From the NCBI GenBank assembly GCA_041640595.1, contig JBEPZY010000001.1:1056001-1120000 (forward strand): 64,000 nt of DNA, read 5' to 3'. A model generated the notes under the pieces. The model saw only the letters and a program-made list of their open reading frames with translations. It searched no databases and had not been told where the DNA came from. The stretch comes from Gemmatales bacterium (GTDB lineage: Bacteria; Planctomycetota; Planctomycetia; Gemmatales; HRBIN36). This document shows positions 40,052 to 50,136 of the stretch, piece after piece; the stretch's first letter is position 1; the number at the start of each line of letters is the position of its first letter. The translations under genes and the position numbers were made by a program.

Positions 40052-40864
40052 ATGCCCGGCTCCGAAACTGACAAGGAACATTTCGGACAGAGCAGCGTTC
40101 GGCATTACTGGCTGACCTACGGCCTGGTTGGCTATTGCGGCCAATTTCGATTTGTCAGTAACGCCCAATTACAGCGTGGGCAACTGGTATTGATTCGTTC
40201 TCACCGCGGCATTGAAATTGGACGAGTTCTCTGGCCGGTTATGGCAAGGCTTGATGGCCTTCGTGAGTCCAGCAGCAGAGTCGCAGTTCCGCGGAGTGTG
40301 AGTAAACCCATTGGTGACGTCCTGCGACCTTTGGACGATACCGACCCGTTCCTCCGGGAGCATTGCCGTCGGGTGTCGGAGATTTCTTCCTGGCTTGAGG
40401 AAAAGCTCCAAACCGACGGTGAACGAGGCGTGATCTGCGAGGTGGAATGCGTTTATGAACCGTTGCGGCTGGGCGTGCTCTATCTCGGCTTGCATCCCGA
40501 AGCGGTCGCCAGACTGAGCACACTTCTGGAGCAGCAATTTCACACTTCAGTGGAGTGGTACGATGCCAGCGAATGGCTCGATGCCGATCGGGCTTGGCAG
40601 GACCGTTTACAAGCAGGCGAAAGATTGTACCCGCCCCGGAACGAAGAACCATTCCAGAGTGGCGGATGCGAAACATGCGGATGCGCTCGCAACCAGGCGC
40701 ACCAGATGCAACAAACATCGCATCGCAGTTGTGCCTGCACTGCAACCGCGGCTACCACGCAGCAACAAAGTGCACTAGCATCCGCAGGTTGCAGCACCTG
40801 CGTTCTTTTCGACTGGATTCGCAAAATCCGTCAAGTCGGAAAAGTATGTTCCGCTCGCCGTTGA
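40052..40864 (+). CDS. PSP1/RicT-like protein with a Cys-rich C-terminus
   Basis: YG...RGQLVLIRSHRGIEIGRVL...GDVLR, and a tail with GGCETCGC, CAC and GCSTC. Confidence 0.6.
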   Translation: MPGSETDKEHFGQSSVRHYWLTYGLVGYCGQFRFVSNAQLQRGQLVLIRSHRGIEIGRVLWPVMARLDGLRESSSRVAVPRSVSKPIGDVLRPLDDTDPFLREHCRRVSEISSWLEEKLQTDGERGVICEVECVYEPLRLGVLYLGLHPEAVARLSTLLEQQFHTSVEWYDASEWLDADRAWQDRLQAGERLYPPRNEEPFQSGGCETCGCARNQAHQMQQTSHRSCACTATAATTQQQSALASAGCSTCVLFDWIRKIRQVGKVCSARR

Positions 40865-40922
40865 TGGTGCTGGGACTTGCAAAGGCAGGGGTGGGCCTGC
40901 GCAGGACAATTGGGCTGAGCGT

Positions 40923-41453
40923 TTAGACCAGCGATTTCAAGGCCGCAAGGGCCTTTTCGTAGTCCGGTTCCTGAGTAACTTCGGGTACGAGCTGACAGTA
41001 TCGGATTACCCCATTAGCGTCCACAACGAAAACGCTCCGGGCCAGCAATTTCAGCTCATCGATCAGCACGCCGTATGCCTGACCAAACGACCGATCCTGA
41101 TAGTCGGATAAGGGGATGGAATTGGTGATGTTGCAGGTACTGCAAAAGCGGTTCTGGGCAAATGGCAAATCCACGCTGACCGTATAGCAATTGACTTTAC
41201 CGGCCAGCTCTGCCAGGGCAGCGTTGAACTTTTGCGTTTGAGTGCTACAGACAGGCGTATCCAGGGAAGGCACCACACTGAACAAAGTCGGTTTCCCACC
41301 CAAAGCATCTGCCAGCGTAACTTTTACCAATCCCTTATCGGGCAGAAAACGGAAACACACAAAGTCAGGAGCCTTGTCACCCGGCTTCAGCTCCGGACCG
41401 ACCAGGGTCAAGGGATCGCCTTTGAAGGTCACCGCGGCAGGACGTTTCAGCAT
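40923..41453 (-). CDS. tpx: Thiol peroxidase
   Basis: VTFKG.PLTL.G, VPSLDTPVC, DLPFAQ.RFC and EPDY. AGGAGG RBS. Confidence 0.95.
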   Translation of the reverse strand: MLKRPAAVTFKGDPLTLVGPELKPGDKAPDFVCFRFLPDKGLVKVTLADALGGKPTLFSVVPSLDTPVCSTQTQKFNAALAELAGKVNCYTVSVDLPFAQNRFCSTCNITNSIPLSDYQDRSFGQAYGVLIDELKLLARSVFVVDANGVIRYCQLVPEVTQEPDYEKALAALKSLV

Positions 41454-41928
41454 AGATTCTCCTCCTGCGGAATGTTGTCTGAATCGAGCCGACTCTCTCC
41501 GGCCCCGTTTCCTCCGATACGCTACCCGCAACCAGACGTCGTCTGGTTTTCGAGCAGATACACAATACGAACATTGGCCGCTATCGTCAAAGACCCGCCC
41601 GCACATTTTTGTTCAGCACTGCCGGCAACCCGGTTGCAACCAGGCAAGGTTCACCAAAAGCTAATGCCACGAGCGAACAGATACCCGCGACCTCACCCCT
41701 TTGCTGCGGGTTAAGCGAGTCGGCTTCAGAGTAAAACCGGTGAGCTGCCACAGCAAGAGCTATGCAGCATCAAACTGCTGCCATTCGGAAAACAGGTGCA
41801 GCGCAGGATAGCGCAGTTCGCAAGTATTTCTCGGCGGCAAAACAGGCTCGCATCTTTCGCAGTAACCAGCAAACTCAGGGTTTCGCCGAATTGTGGGAAT
41901 AAAAGGCATCTCACTTTCGGTACCGTGT

Positions 41929-43059
41929 TCAGGGCTCGGTGCGGAGAGGCTGGTAGGGCAAACCGCTGTAATCCGGCGGGGGAACCGGGCGAAGCTGGCG
42001 GGTAGCCCGCAGGAATCCCCAGGCTTCGCTGGTATCGGCAATAACTGTGCCAGGCTGAGCAGGTTTCTGCGTTACTCCTGCTGGCGGAGCGCTGACCTGT
42101 GAGACGGACTGCGATGGCTCAGGGCGTGACAGATGTGCGGGAGAAAACACCGCTGTGGCTCTGGATTCGTTATCACCAGCGCGGTTTGCTGCGGAAACGT
42201 TCGCCTGCTGTGGGTGTGCCTGCGATTGCGAAGCAGGAGAAGGATGCGCAGCCGCGGATGGAACCTGGCCCTCGGAAATGCCGGGCGAGTTTTTATGAGC
42301 AGGTCGCCAAATGCTCGCCGGCAGTTGCTCGACCGGAACCTGGCCAGCTATCTCAGCAAGGGCCGCGGCAATACGTCGCCGGGTCTCCGCATGCATCGGT
42401 GTTCCGAAGTGCCAGACATCCTGGCATTTGACATTGTCAGCGCCTTCAATGGCCCAACCGCCAAAGATCGGATCATTGGCGCGAATGTGGATAAGCCTGC
42501 GGACGTTTTCGGGACGATTGCGAGGTGCGTTGGTCAATGTTGCCCCACCGAGATAGACGAGTAACTCCACAGGAATGTTTTCGCGGTTGAGAGCTTGTGC
42601 GAGATCCCGGGCTGCCAAAGTACCGGCACTGAAACCGATAATTACCAGCCGTGCCTCCGGGTCGCGTTCCCGGATTTCTTCGATTACACGCTGGAAATAC
42701 CAGCGATGGTAGAATTGGCCGTACCAGCTCCTGGCAAAACCCAGGTCGCGGCAAAAGTCTCTTAATCCGCTCAGGTTGCCGAATTCCAGCGGATCGATCC
42801 CGTTGAGAAAGAACAGGTACACATGCTGTTTCGCTGCCAGGGGTAACTGACGGGCGAACTCAATTTCGTCGCTCGCCTCCTGACCAAGGGCCAGACACGG
42901 CACGACCAGCAGCAAAACGAGACCGATTCCGGCGTGGTAGCTTTTTCCCGTCGGGAAGAGGCACTTGCTCGCATTCGGGGCTATACTCGCCACACATTCG
43001 CTGGGCGCAGGACTGCTCAAAGTTCTGCCATTGCCGAGAAGTTGCATTAGCCTTGCCAT
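41929..43059 (-). CDS. Hypothetical exported alpha/beta-hydrolase-like protein with a low-complexity tail
   Basis: Hydrophobic segment ending ALG-QE, GFSAG nucleophile elbow and a Pro/Ser/Ala tail. Start uncertain. Confidence 0.6.
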   Translation of the reverse strand: MARLMQLLGNGRTLSSPAPSECVASIAPNASKCLFPTGKSYHAGIGLVLLLVVPCLALGQEASDEIEFARQLPLAAKQHVYLFFLNGIDPLEFGNLSGLRDFCRDLGFARSWYGQFYHRWYFQRVIEEIRERDPEARLVIIGFSAGTLAARDLAQALNRENIPVELLVYLGGATLTNAPRNRPENVRRLIHIRANDPIFGGWAIEGADNVKCQDVWHFGTPMHAETRRRIAAALAEIAGQVPVEQLPASIWRPAHKNSPGISEGQVPSAAAHPSPASQSQAHPQQANVSAANRAGDNESRATAVFSPAHLSRPEPSQSVSQVSAPPAGVTQKPAQPGTVIADTSEAWGFLRATRQLRPVPPPDYSGLPYQPLRTEP

Positions 43060-43568
43060 TGCGGTTGGGGTTGGTGCCAAATGGTTACAAGCAGCGTCAG
43101 TACCGTCAGAGCGGCGATCGTTCGTGCTGAACATCGGCGTGACCGGCGAAGTATCGTTCAGCATTTGCAGCGACAAACCGACATCCGGCATCGAACAGGA
43201 GCCGGGTTTACAGCCTCTAACAACCAAACCCGGAAAACGAATTAAGCCGATGCACCCACACGCTTCAGCTTTGCCAATAATGCTGCAAGGGAATGTGAAT
43301 CGCTGGAGGCAATCTCTCAACCGCCAGTCCCGGCGAATTCGTCTTCGCAAGTCGCCGGCTTGCGGTTAGCATTGTTTTTTGCCGAAAAAGCCATCAGGAC
43401 TGCTTATCGCCGACACCCCGAACGAGCGGGAAACGCACCGCGGCTAAAACCAGTAGAGCCTGTCGAAAACGCAGGCTTCAGGTCCCCGCAAAACTCCAAC
43501 TGGTCGGTGTCGGGTGTGCATCGCGCGAGGGCAGTCCGGATTGTGAAACCCACCCGAAAGTCTTCGCC

Positions 43569-44525
43569 ATGGCAAAAGAACGAAAAGCGTGGCTCGACCT
43601 GCTGATTTACTTAGCTGTTCGGCTGGTCGTGCTGGTGGTGCAAAGTGTACCGGTGAGCTGGGCGTATGCGCTGGGGCGAATGTTGGCGTGGCTTGGCTGG
43701 AAGCTGGATCATCGCCATCGAGAGGTAGCCCGTCAGAACCTGAGCCTGGCGTTCCCCGAGCAATTTTCGTCCAGCGAACTGGACGAGTTGGTGCGCGCGG
43801 TGTACCGCCATTTTGGCGAAATGCTGGTCGAATGTCTGCTTTTGCCACGTAAACTCTGGCCGACCACCTGGAGACGGTATATCGAACTGGGGAATTCGGC
43901 GGTTCCGCTGGCTCGAGCGCTTTTGTCGGGCCGACCCTGCTTGTTACTGACTGCCCACTACGGAAACTGGGAGCTGGCGAGTTACGTTCTCGGACTTTTC
44001 GGGTTTCGTAGCTGGGCAGTAGCTCGGCCTCTGGACAATCCCTGGCTCGACCGCTGGGTGCGACGGTTTCGTCAACGCACCGGGCAAAAGCTGCTGGCTA
44101 AGAAAGGCGAACTCGACCGCCTGACGGAACTGTTACGTCGGCGAGCGGTGGTGGCCATGCTGGTCGATCAGGATGCCGGTCCACGGGGATTGTTCGTGCC
44201 CTTTTTCGGGCGCTGGGCCTCGACTCATAAATCTCCCGCCTTATTAGCACTGGAACATAACGCGCTGGTGGTTACGGTCGCCGTCCGTCGGCTTGGACCG
44301 ATGCGCTATTGTGTGGAACTCGGCGAGATTCTCGAACCCGAAAACTTCCAGCATCTACCGCAGGCCCACTGGTTGCTGACAGCGGCATTGACGGCCAGTC
44401 TGGAAAAACTGATACGAAAGGACATCCGCCAGTATTTCTGGCTTCACCGCCGCTGGAAACACCAGCCCAGGCATGTACCGACAAGCCAGCCGCTTCGGGC
44501 CAGCCCAACTTTAATGGCCGGCTAA
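43569..44525 (+). CDS. Lipid A late acyltransferase (LpxL/HtrB family)
   Basis: AHYGNWE, RPLDNP, LVDQD, VPFFG and QYFWLHRRWK. Confidence 0.92.
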   Translation: MAKERKAWLDLLIYLAVRLVVLVVQSVPVSWAYALGRMLAWLGWKLDHRHREVARQNLSLAFPEQFSSSELDELVRAVYRHFGEMLVECLLLPRKLWPTTWRRYIELGNSAVPLARALLSGRPCLLLTAHYGNWELASYVLGLFGFRSWAVARPLDNPWLDRWVRRFRQRTGQKLLAKKGELDRLTELLRRRAVVAMLVDQDAGPRGLFVPFFGRWASTHKSPALLALEHNALVVTVAVRRLGPMRYCVELGEILEPENFQHLPQAHWLLTAALTASLEKLIRKDIRQYFWLHRRWKHQPRHVPTSQPLRASPTLMAG

Positions 44526-44797
44526 AGACCCATTGTGCATTTAGCCGAATCGCCGGCTAGCTGAGCGTTGGTTTGTTACACGGCTCTGAAGTCCGGGTAG
44601 TTTCTCGCAGTTGATGAATTGTCGCCGCCTGTCCAAACGGATGCCGGTAACGGATAGGGCATGGCTGGTTCCGCAAACTGGGCTGGCGGCGGTTGGTTCT
44701 AACAACCGGGGTTCGTATGGTGATCACCAGAGGTGTTTTTCACAGCGCTGGAATATTTTGCCGCTCCCAGGCGTCTAACTCTAATGGAGGAATCAGT

Positions 44798-45439
44798 ATG
44801 GGGTCGCCCGCGGAATCCGGCTGGGCCGACGTAATTGTCGCCCAACATTACCAGGGGCTTTATCGGTATGCTTATCGCTTGAGCGGCTCGGCCACGGAAG
44901 CGGAAGACCTGACGCAGGAAACTTTTGTGCGGGCATTCTCGCACCGCCGGCAATTGCGCCATGTCGAGCGGGTGCGCCCCTGGCTTTATAGCATCCTCCG
45001 CAACGAGTACCTGCGTCGCTGCCGACAGCAACAGCAGCGCGGCCCAACGATTTCACTCGACGACACCGATGACCTGGCTGAACGTCTTCCCGCTCCGCCA
45101 ACGAACATTGATGCCGAACTGCTGCAACAGGCGTTGTTACAATTGCCCGAGGAGTTTCGCACACCCCTGATCTTGCTTTACTGGGAAGATTTCCAGTATC
45201 AGGAGATTGCGGAATTGATGAATATTCCCATGGGCACGGTGATGTCGCGGATCTGGCGAGCCAAACGCTGGCTCAAACGTTACCTGACCAGCAAAAGCTC
45301 AACCGGTTTGGCTGCCGGCGATGGTCGTCCTGAGGCCTTGAGCGATCGGTTGCCATCATCTGTAAGCAACCCCGAAAGGGTGGGCCTGGCTGAAGACAGA
45401 ACGGTTTACGGACAGCGGAGGGGCGAAAATGTCATGTGA
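44798..45439 (+). CDS. ECF RNA polymerase sigma factor
   Basis: EAEDLTQETF, WLYSILRN and YQEIAELMNIPMGTVMSRI. Confidence 0.93.
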   Translation: MGSPAESGWADVIVAQHYQGLYRYAYRLSGSATEAEDLTQETFVRAFSHRRQLRHVERVRPWLYSILRNEYLRRCRQQQQRGPTISLDDTDDLAERLPAPPTNIDAELLQQALLQLPEEFRTPLILLYWEDFQYQEIAELMNIPMGTVMSRIWRAKRWLKRYLTSKSSTGLAAGDGRPEALSDRLPSSVSNPERVGLAEDRTVYGQRRGENVM

Positions 45440-46154
45440 ACTCCTGCGTGCCTTGCAAATGCTGGCCCGACCCTGGGCCCGCGAATTCACACAGCCAGAA
45501 AGCGAATGGCTGCACCAGCATTTCGAACGCTGCTCCAGTTGTGCGGCTTGGTGGCAACAGGAACAGGCTTGGGACCAGCAGTTGCATCAGGCCATGACGA
45601 ACGTGGCTGTTCCGGCAGACCTGATGGGACGCATTCACGAGCGGTTACGGCAGGAAAAGCGTTACCAACTCCGTCCCAAAGTGCTGCAGCTTGCTCTGGC
45701 GGCACTGGTCCTGCTAGCGGTTACGGTAAGCCTGAGCTGGTACACAATTTTCCTGGTGCGTCCCCTGGATCTAGCAGCGCTAACCGGGCCGATCCCGTTG
45801 CCGGAAAACATCGGTAGCGAAACTGTTGCCGCCCTGCTGGAAGAGCACGGCATTAGTTTACCCGACGAGCTCCGTCGCCGCTGGGACTTCCGCCATCTCA
45901 AAGCGATTTATTACACCTACGAACAGGGGCGCTGGTTGTGTAACCTCGAATTCCGCCGCGATGATGCTTCTGCGCATGTGGTTGTCAAACTCATTCCCCG
46001 GCGCTGGTGTCGTCCGGATCAGCTTGAAGAATTCCGTCATCGGCCAGGAACAGCCGTGCTGGGCATCGAAGAAGGCGGGCCCTATGTGGCATTCGTCATT
46101 GGTCAGCCAGGGCACATCGCCAGCTTTTACCAGAAAGGCGATCCCACAGGTTAG
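45429..46154 (+). CDS. Zinc-binding (ZAS) membrane anti-sigma factor
   Basis: HxxxCxxC (HFERCSSC) and one TM helix. Overlaps the ECF stop. Confidence 0.85.
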   Translation: MSCELLRALQMLARPWAREFTQPESEWLHQHFERCSSCAAWWQQEQAWDQQLHQAMTNVAVPADLMGRIHERLRQEKRYQLRPKVLQLALAALVLLAVTVSLSWYTIFLVRPLDLAALTGPIPLPENIGSETVAALLEEHGISLPDELRRRWDFRHLKAIYYTYEQGRWLCNLEFRRDDASAHVVVKLIPRRWCRPDQLEEFRHRPGTAVLGIEEGGPYVAFVIGQPGHIASFYQKGDPTG

Positions 46155-46187
46155 CTGACTTGCGGCCCCATAAAGTTTGCCAGCCGC

Positions 46188-47099
46188 TTACTCGGCGAAG
46201 AGGGCTTCGACGTAGGCTTCTGGATCAAATACCGCCAGGTCTTCGAGTTTCTCGCCCACGCCAACAAATTTCACCGGCAAACCGACGCGCTGGCGGATAG
46301 GAATAATCGCTCCTCCTTTTGCCGTGCCGTCTAGTTTGGCCAGAATGATGCCGGTGCATTGAATCGCCTTTTTGAAAGCCTCAGCCTGTTGAATGGCGTT
46401 CTGGCCGTTGGTGGCATCTAAAACCAGCAGCACTTCGTGCGGAGCACCGGGGATCTGGCGGGCAAGAACCCGGCGGATTTTCTCCAGCTGCCGCATCAAA
46501 TTTTCCTGCGTTTGCAAACGACCGGCAGTGTCCACGATGACCACATCCATGCCGCGTGCTACTGCCGCTTCGCAGGCATTGTGAGCTACTGCCCCCGGAT
46601 CGCTGCCATGTTCCCCTTTGACGATATCGCAGCCGATCCGCTGGCTCCAGACGGTGAGTTGTTCAACTGCCGCTGCACGAAACGTGTCGCCCGCCGCTAA
46701 AAGAACCTTTTTGCCCTGCTGCTTGAGCCAGTGAGCCAGCTTGGCGATGGAAGTAGTTTTCCCGCTGCCGTTGACGCCGGCGACGAGGATCACCGTTGGC
46801 CCTTCGGGGTTGAAATGCAGCGAGCGATCGCTGTGATTGAGGAGCTGCACGAGCTCTTTCTTGACAAACGCCAGCACATCTTCACTGATTTCGCGGTCGA
46901 GAAAGGCCTGACGGACTCGCTGAACGATCTGCGCCGTGGCGGCCGGGCCGACGTCGGCGAGATAAAGCGTCTCTTCCAGCCGTGCCAGGAATTCCTTGTC
47001 CACTTTGCCCTTGAGACGGAACAAGGACGCCAGCCGCCCGAAAATCTGTCGGGTTTTCGCCAACCCTTGCTTGATCTTGTTCCACAGCCCGCTGAGCAT
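46188..47099 (-). CDS. ftsY: SRP receptor FtsY
   Basis: GVNGSGKTT, DTFRAAA, DTAGR and KLDGTAKGG. Confidence 0.97.
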   Translation of the reverse strand: MLSGLWNKIKQGLAKTRQIFGRLASLFRLKGKVDKEFLARLEETLYLADVGPAATAQIVQRVRQAFLDREISEDVLAFVKKELVQLLNHSDRSLHFNPEGPTVILVAGVNGSGKTTSIAKLAHWLKQQGKKVLLAAGDTFRAAAVEQLTVWSQRIGCDIVKGEHGSDPGAVAHNACEAAVARGMDVVIVDTAGRLQTQENLMRQLEKIRRVLARQIPGAPHEVLLVLDATNGQNAIQQAEAFKKAIQCTGIILAKLDGTAKGGAIIPIRQRVGLPVKFVGVGEKLEDLAVFDPEAYVEALFAE

Positions 47100-47253
47100 G
47101 GTTAGTTGAAGGTCTTTCTGCGACTAGTTACGGTGCGAAAGCTTTTCATCCATCACCCGCCCGGTCATCCATCGCCCGCCCGCGAAGCGATCTGGTGCAA
47201 GCTCCGGTTGCCAGCCATCAGCAGTTCCCGCACAATTCCTATCGGCTTTCGAG

Positions 47254-47667
47254 TCATTGGCCCTGGCGGCAGGTCTGAGCGAGGCGGTCGAGTATGGCAT
47301 TGACAAACGCGGACGAATCGGAAGTCCCGTAGCGTTTCGCCAGTTCAATCGCCTCATCAATGATGACACGGGTCGGGGTGTCCGGGCAAAAAAGCAATTC
47401 ATACGCGCCCAGACGCAGAATGTTGCGATCGACGGCATTCATGCGTTCGATTCGCCAGTTTTCGGCAATACGGCCGAGGTGTTCGTCAATCTCTGGCCGG
47501 TGAGTAAGGGTACCCTGGTACAACTGTTCTGCGAAGGCGATCAAATCTTCCTGTCTCAGCCGGCGCCACAAAAATTGCTGGACACGCTGCCGGTCCAGTT
47601 GCGGATGGAGGTCCGCCTGGTAAAGAATCTGTAAGGCGACTTCTCGGGCACGATGGCGTCGGGTCAT
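47254..47667 (-). CDS. nusB: Transcription antitermination factor NusB
   Basis: RRHRARE.ALQ.LY, DRNILR, EAIELAK.Y and FVNAILD. Confidence 0.96.
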   Translation of the reverse strand: MTRRHRAREVALQILYQADLHPQLDRQRVQQFLWRRLRQEDLIAFAEQLYQGTLTHRPEIDEHLGRIAENWRIERMNAVDRNILRLGAYELLFCPDTPTRVIIDEAIELAKRYGTSDSSAFVNAILDRLAQTCRQGQ

Positions 47668-47898
47668 CCCAGGTTTCTCACCGGGGTAGATACAAGCCTG
47701 CCGCAGGCTGCGTCATGTTCCGCTTTCCGCGGGGACCTGCCCGCTCAAAAGCGGACTCGGTGCGTCCTTCCTGCTGGTCGGCTTGTGCGCCATTCTATAC
47801 ATCGTGTTTACCGACCTGATAGCCTAGCGGCGCGAGAAATTTCTCCCAGCCAGCTTACCCCTTGTGAAGCTGATGGACGAAAGAGAGAGTGCCTCAAC

Positions 47899-48738
47899 AT
47901 GCATCGCCTTCCGACTGGTGTGTGCATTTTTATCCTGTTTTTGGCTGCTTGCCAATCGCAACCCGATTCAGCGCAAACAACCGGCGAAACCAACTCGGTA
48001 GTTGATTCAGGCCAATCGAGCCGCTTGCTGATTGCAGCCGCTGCTGATTTGCGCTTTGCTCTTCCCGAGCTCAATGATGCGTTCAACAAGCTCCACCCGA
48101 CGGTGAAGATGGAAACCATCTTCGGGGCTTCCGGAAGTCTGGCAGCACAGATCGAAAACGGCCTGCCCGCCGACGTGTTTCTTTGCGCTGATGAGAGGTA
48201 TCCGCAAAGGCTGATCCAGGCCGGTCTGGCCGCGCCTCAGGATTATTTCCGCTACGCACGGGGACAGCTGGCGCTGTGTATCCCGGCCAATTCGACTCTC
48301 GCTAAGCAGTCCGATGGCATCACGTTGCTCACGAAATCCGGTATTGGTCGCCTAGCTATTGCCAATCCACGCACGGCACCTTACGGGCAGGCGGCTATGG
48401 CTTTGCTGGAAAAGCTAAATCTGGCCGAGGTTTACCGAAATCGGCTGCTTCTGGCTGACAACGTCATGCAAGCATTGCAGTTTGCTGAAAGCGGCAACGC
48501 CGATGCCGCGATCGTGAGCAAGTCGTTGGCCCTGGCCGCAGATAAAGCAACACGCTGGCTCGAGATTCCTGAGGAGTTTTACCCACCCATAATCCAGGGG
48601 GGAGTCCTACTGAAGAAAACATCGGCGCGACAGCTAGCTCAGCAGTGGCGTGATTTCTTGCTCAGCCCCGCTGGCCAGGCTGTGCTAAGCCGCTACGGAT
48701 ACACATCGCCCGACTCGACGACTTCAAGCTCGCCGTGA
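47899..48738 (+). CDS. modA: Molybdate ABC transporter substrate-binding lipoprotein
   Basis: LAAC lipobox, AAAADL, FGASGSL..QI.NG and ANP.TAPYG. Confidence 0.93.
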   Translation: MHRLPTGVCIFILFLAACQSQPDSAQTTGETNSVVDSGQSSRLLIAAAADLRFALPELNDAFNKLHPTVKMETIFGASGSLAAQIENGLPADVFLCADERYPQRLIQAGLAAPQDYFRYARGQLALCIPANSTLAKQSDGITLLTKSGIGRLAIANPRTAPYGQAAMALLEKLNLAEVYRNRLLLADNVMQALQFAESGNADAAIVSKSLALAADKATRWLEIPEEFYPPIIQGGVLLKKTSARQLAQQWRDFLLSPAGQAVLSRYGYTSPDSTTSSSP

Positions 48739-48836
48739 AATTGCCGGGCGGTTGTACACGAATCAAGGATGCGTTTCCCGGCTTGCTTGAGCGAGTCCGT
48801 GGTATAGCCGGCCAGTTGTACACAAATAATGGGCAC

Positions 48837-48888
48837 ATTTTCCGCCTGCCATAGCCTAAATAAGCGGATTTTCCGTCTGCCATAGCCT
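48837..48888. repeat. 21-nt direct repeat, 31-nt period, between modA and modB
   Basis: attttccgcctgccatagcct (48837-48857) and attttccgtctgccatagcct (48868-48888), one mismatch. Confidence 0.85.
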
Positions 48889-48913
48889 GGTCGAACCGCA
48901 TGGAGAATGCACT

Positions 48914-49579
48914 GTGATTGACTGGCAAGCCCTGTGGTTGACATTACAACTGGGATGCTGGACAACGGTCATCGTGTTTTTGCTGGGATTGCCGCTGGCC
49001 TACTGGCTGGCCAGTGGGCAGTCGTGGTTACGAACTGTCTGCGGCTTGCTTCTCACGAGTCCGATAGTCTTGCCGCCTACCGTTCTGGGATTTTATTTGC
49101 TTGTCGCTCTGGGACCTCGCAGTCCTGTAGGACAATGGTGCGAATGGACTTTCGGTCAAACCCTGCCGTTTACTTTTCCCGGTCTAGTTACGGCCCTGGT
49201 CATCGCCAATCTCCCGTATGCCTTGCGTCCGTTCGTGGCTGGGTTCACTCGCGTGGAGCGACAACTGGTTGAATCGGCGTGGTGTTTGGGAGCTTCGCGG
49301 TGGCGCACCTTCTGGCGAATCACTTTCCCGCTCGCCATGCCCGGAATTGTCTCCGGCTTGGTGCTGGTTTTTGCCCATGCTGTCGGCGAGTTTGGCGTGG
49401 TGCTGATGGTCGGAGGCAACCGGCCCGGCATTACTCGCACACTTTCCATTGCCATTTACGAGGAAGTCCAGGCACTGGATTACACACGGGCCTGGTACAG
49501 TTCCCTCGTGCTGCTGACGGTAGCACTCGTTGCACTGGGCATCCTCAGCTGGGCTGAACAGCGATTGCGGAAACAGTGA
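48914..49579 (+). CDS. modB: Molybdate ABC transporter permease
   Basis: PIVLPPTVLGFYLL, an EAA-like ESA..LGAS loop and GEFGVVLMVGGN.PG.TRT. Confidence 0.93.
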   Translation: MIDWQALWLTLQLGCWTTVIVFLLGLPLAYWLASGQSWLRTVCGLLLTSPIVLPPTVLGFYLLVALGPRSPVGQWCEWTFGQTLPFTFPGLVTALVIANLPYALRPFVAGFTRVERQLVESAWCLGASRWRTFWRITFPLAMPGIVSGLVLVFAHAVGEFGVVLMVGGNRPGITRTLSIAIYEEVQALDYTRAWYSSLVLLTVALVALGILSWAEQRLRKQ

Positions 49580-49583
49580 GCAC

Positions 49584-50024
49584 CTAGCTTGGCACGCTGC
49601 GACGCCGCCACAACACGCGATCCAGTGCGAACATACCCGGGCCGGTCAGCATCAACGCGATATACACCGTCAGGTACACGCAGGCTAGTTCGCGTTTCGC
49701 CCACTCATCAGCCGCATGAATCACCATCACTGCCACCAGCATATTGATGATCAGGGGCACCAGAGCCAATCGCGTCAACAAGCCAATCGTCACGAGAGCG
49801 GAGCAAAATACCTCCGCAAAAACGCACAACGCCAGACTGATTCCCGGCCCGAGCCCGATCGGGTCGGGGAACTTTTCCCGTACCTGGCCAAAGTGAATGA
49901 GCTTGTCCCAACCATGACCCAGCAACATCATCAGCCCAAATCCAGCCCGCAAGACCAGCAGGCCAAGGTGAAGCAACACCTGATCGATAGCGTAGTTTAG
50001 GCGCGTCGCCCATTGGCTGAACAT
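49584..50024 (-). CDS. DoxX family membrane protein
   Basis: LLVLR...HGWDKL, F.DPIGLG, AE and GLLTR. About 4 TM helices. Confidence 0.9.
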   Translation of the reverse strand: MFSQWATRLNYAIDQVLLHLGLLVLRAGFGLMMLLGHGWDKLIHFGQVREKFPDPIGLGPGISLALCVFAEVFCSALVTIGLLTRLALVPLIINMLVAVMVIHAADEWAKRELACVYLTVYIALMLTGPGMFALDRVLWRRRSVPS

Positions 50025-50136
50025 GATTTGCTCCTCGTGAAAGGCCTGCATGTATGCTTGGGGTCGGCAGTGTAACAATGTAGCATTGCTTTTCGTTAAA
50101 ATAGCAACACAACGCCTGTTTGCCAAACTGGGAGCA

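Noticed and set aside
48837..48888. CRISPR-like repeat
   Set aside because: Only two copies with a 10-nt gap, and no cas genes.
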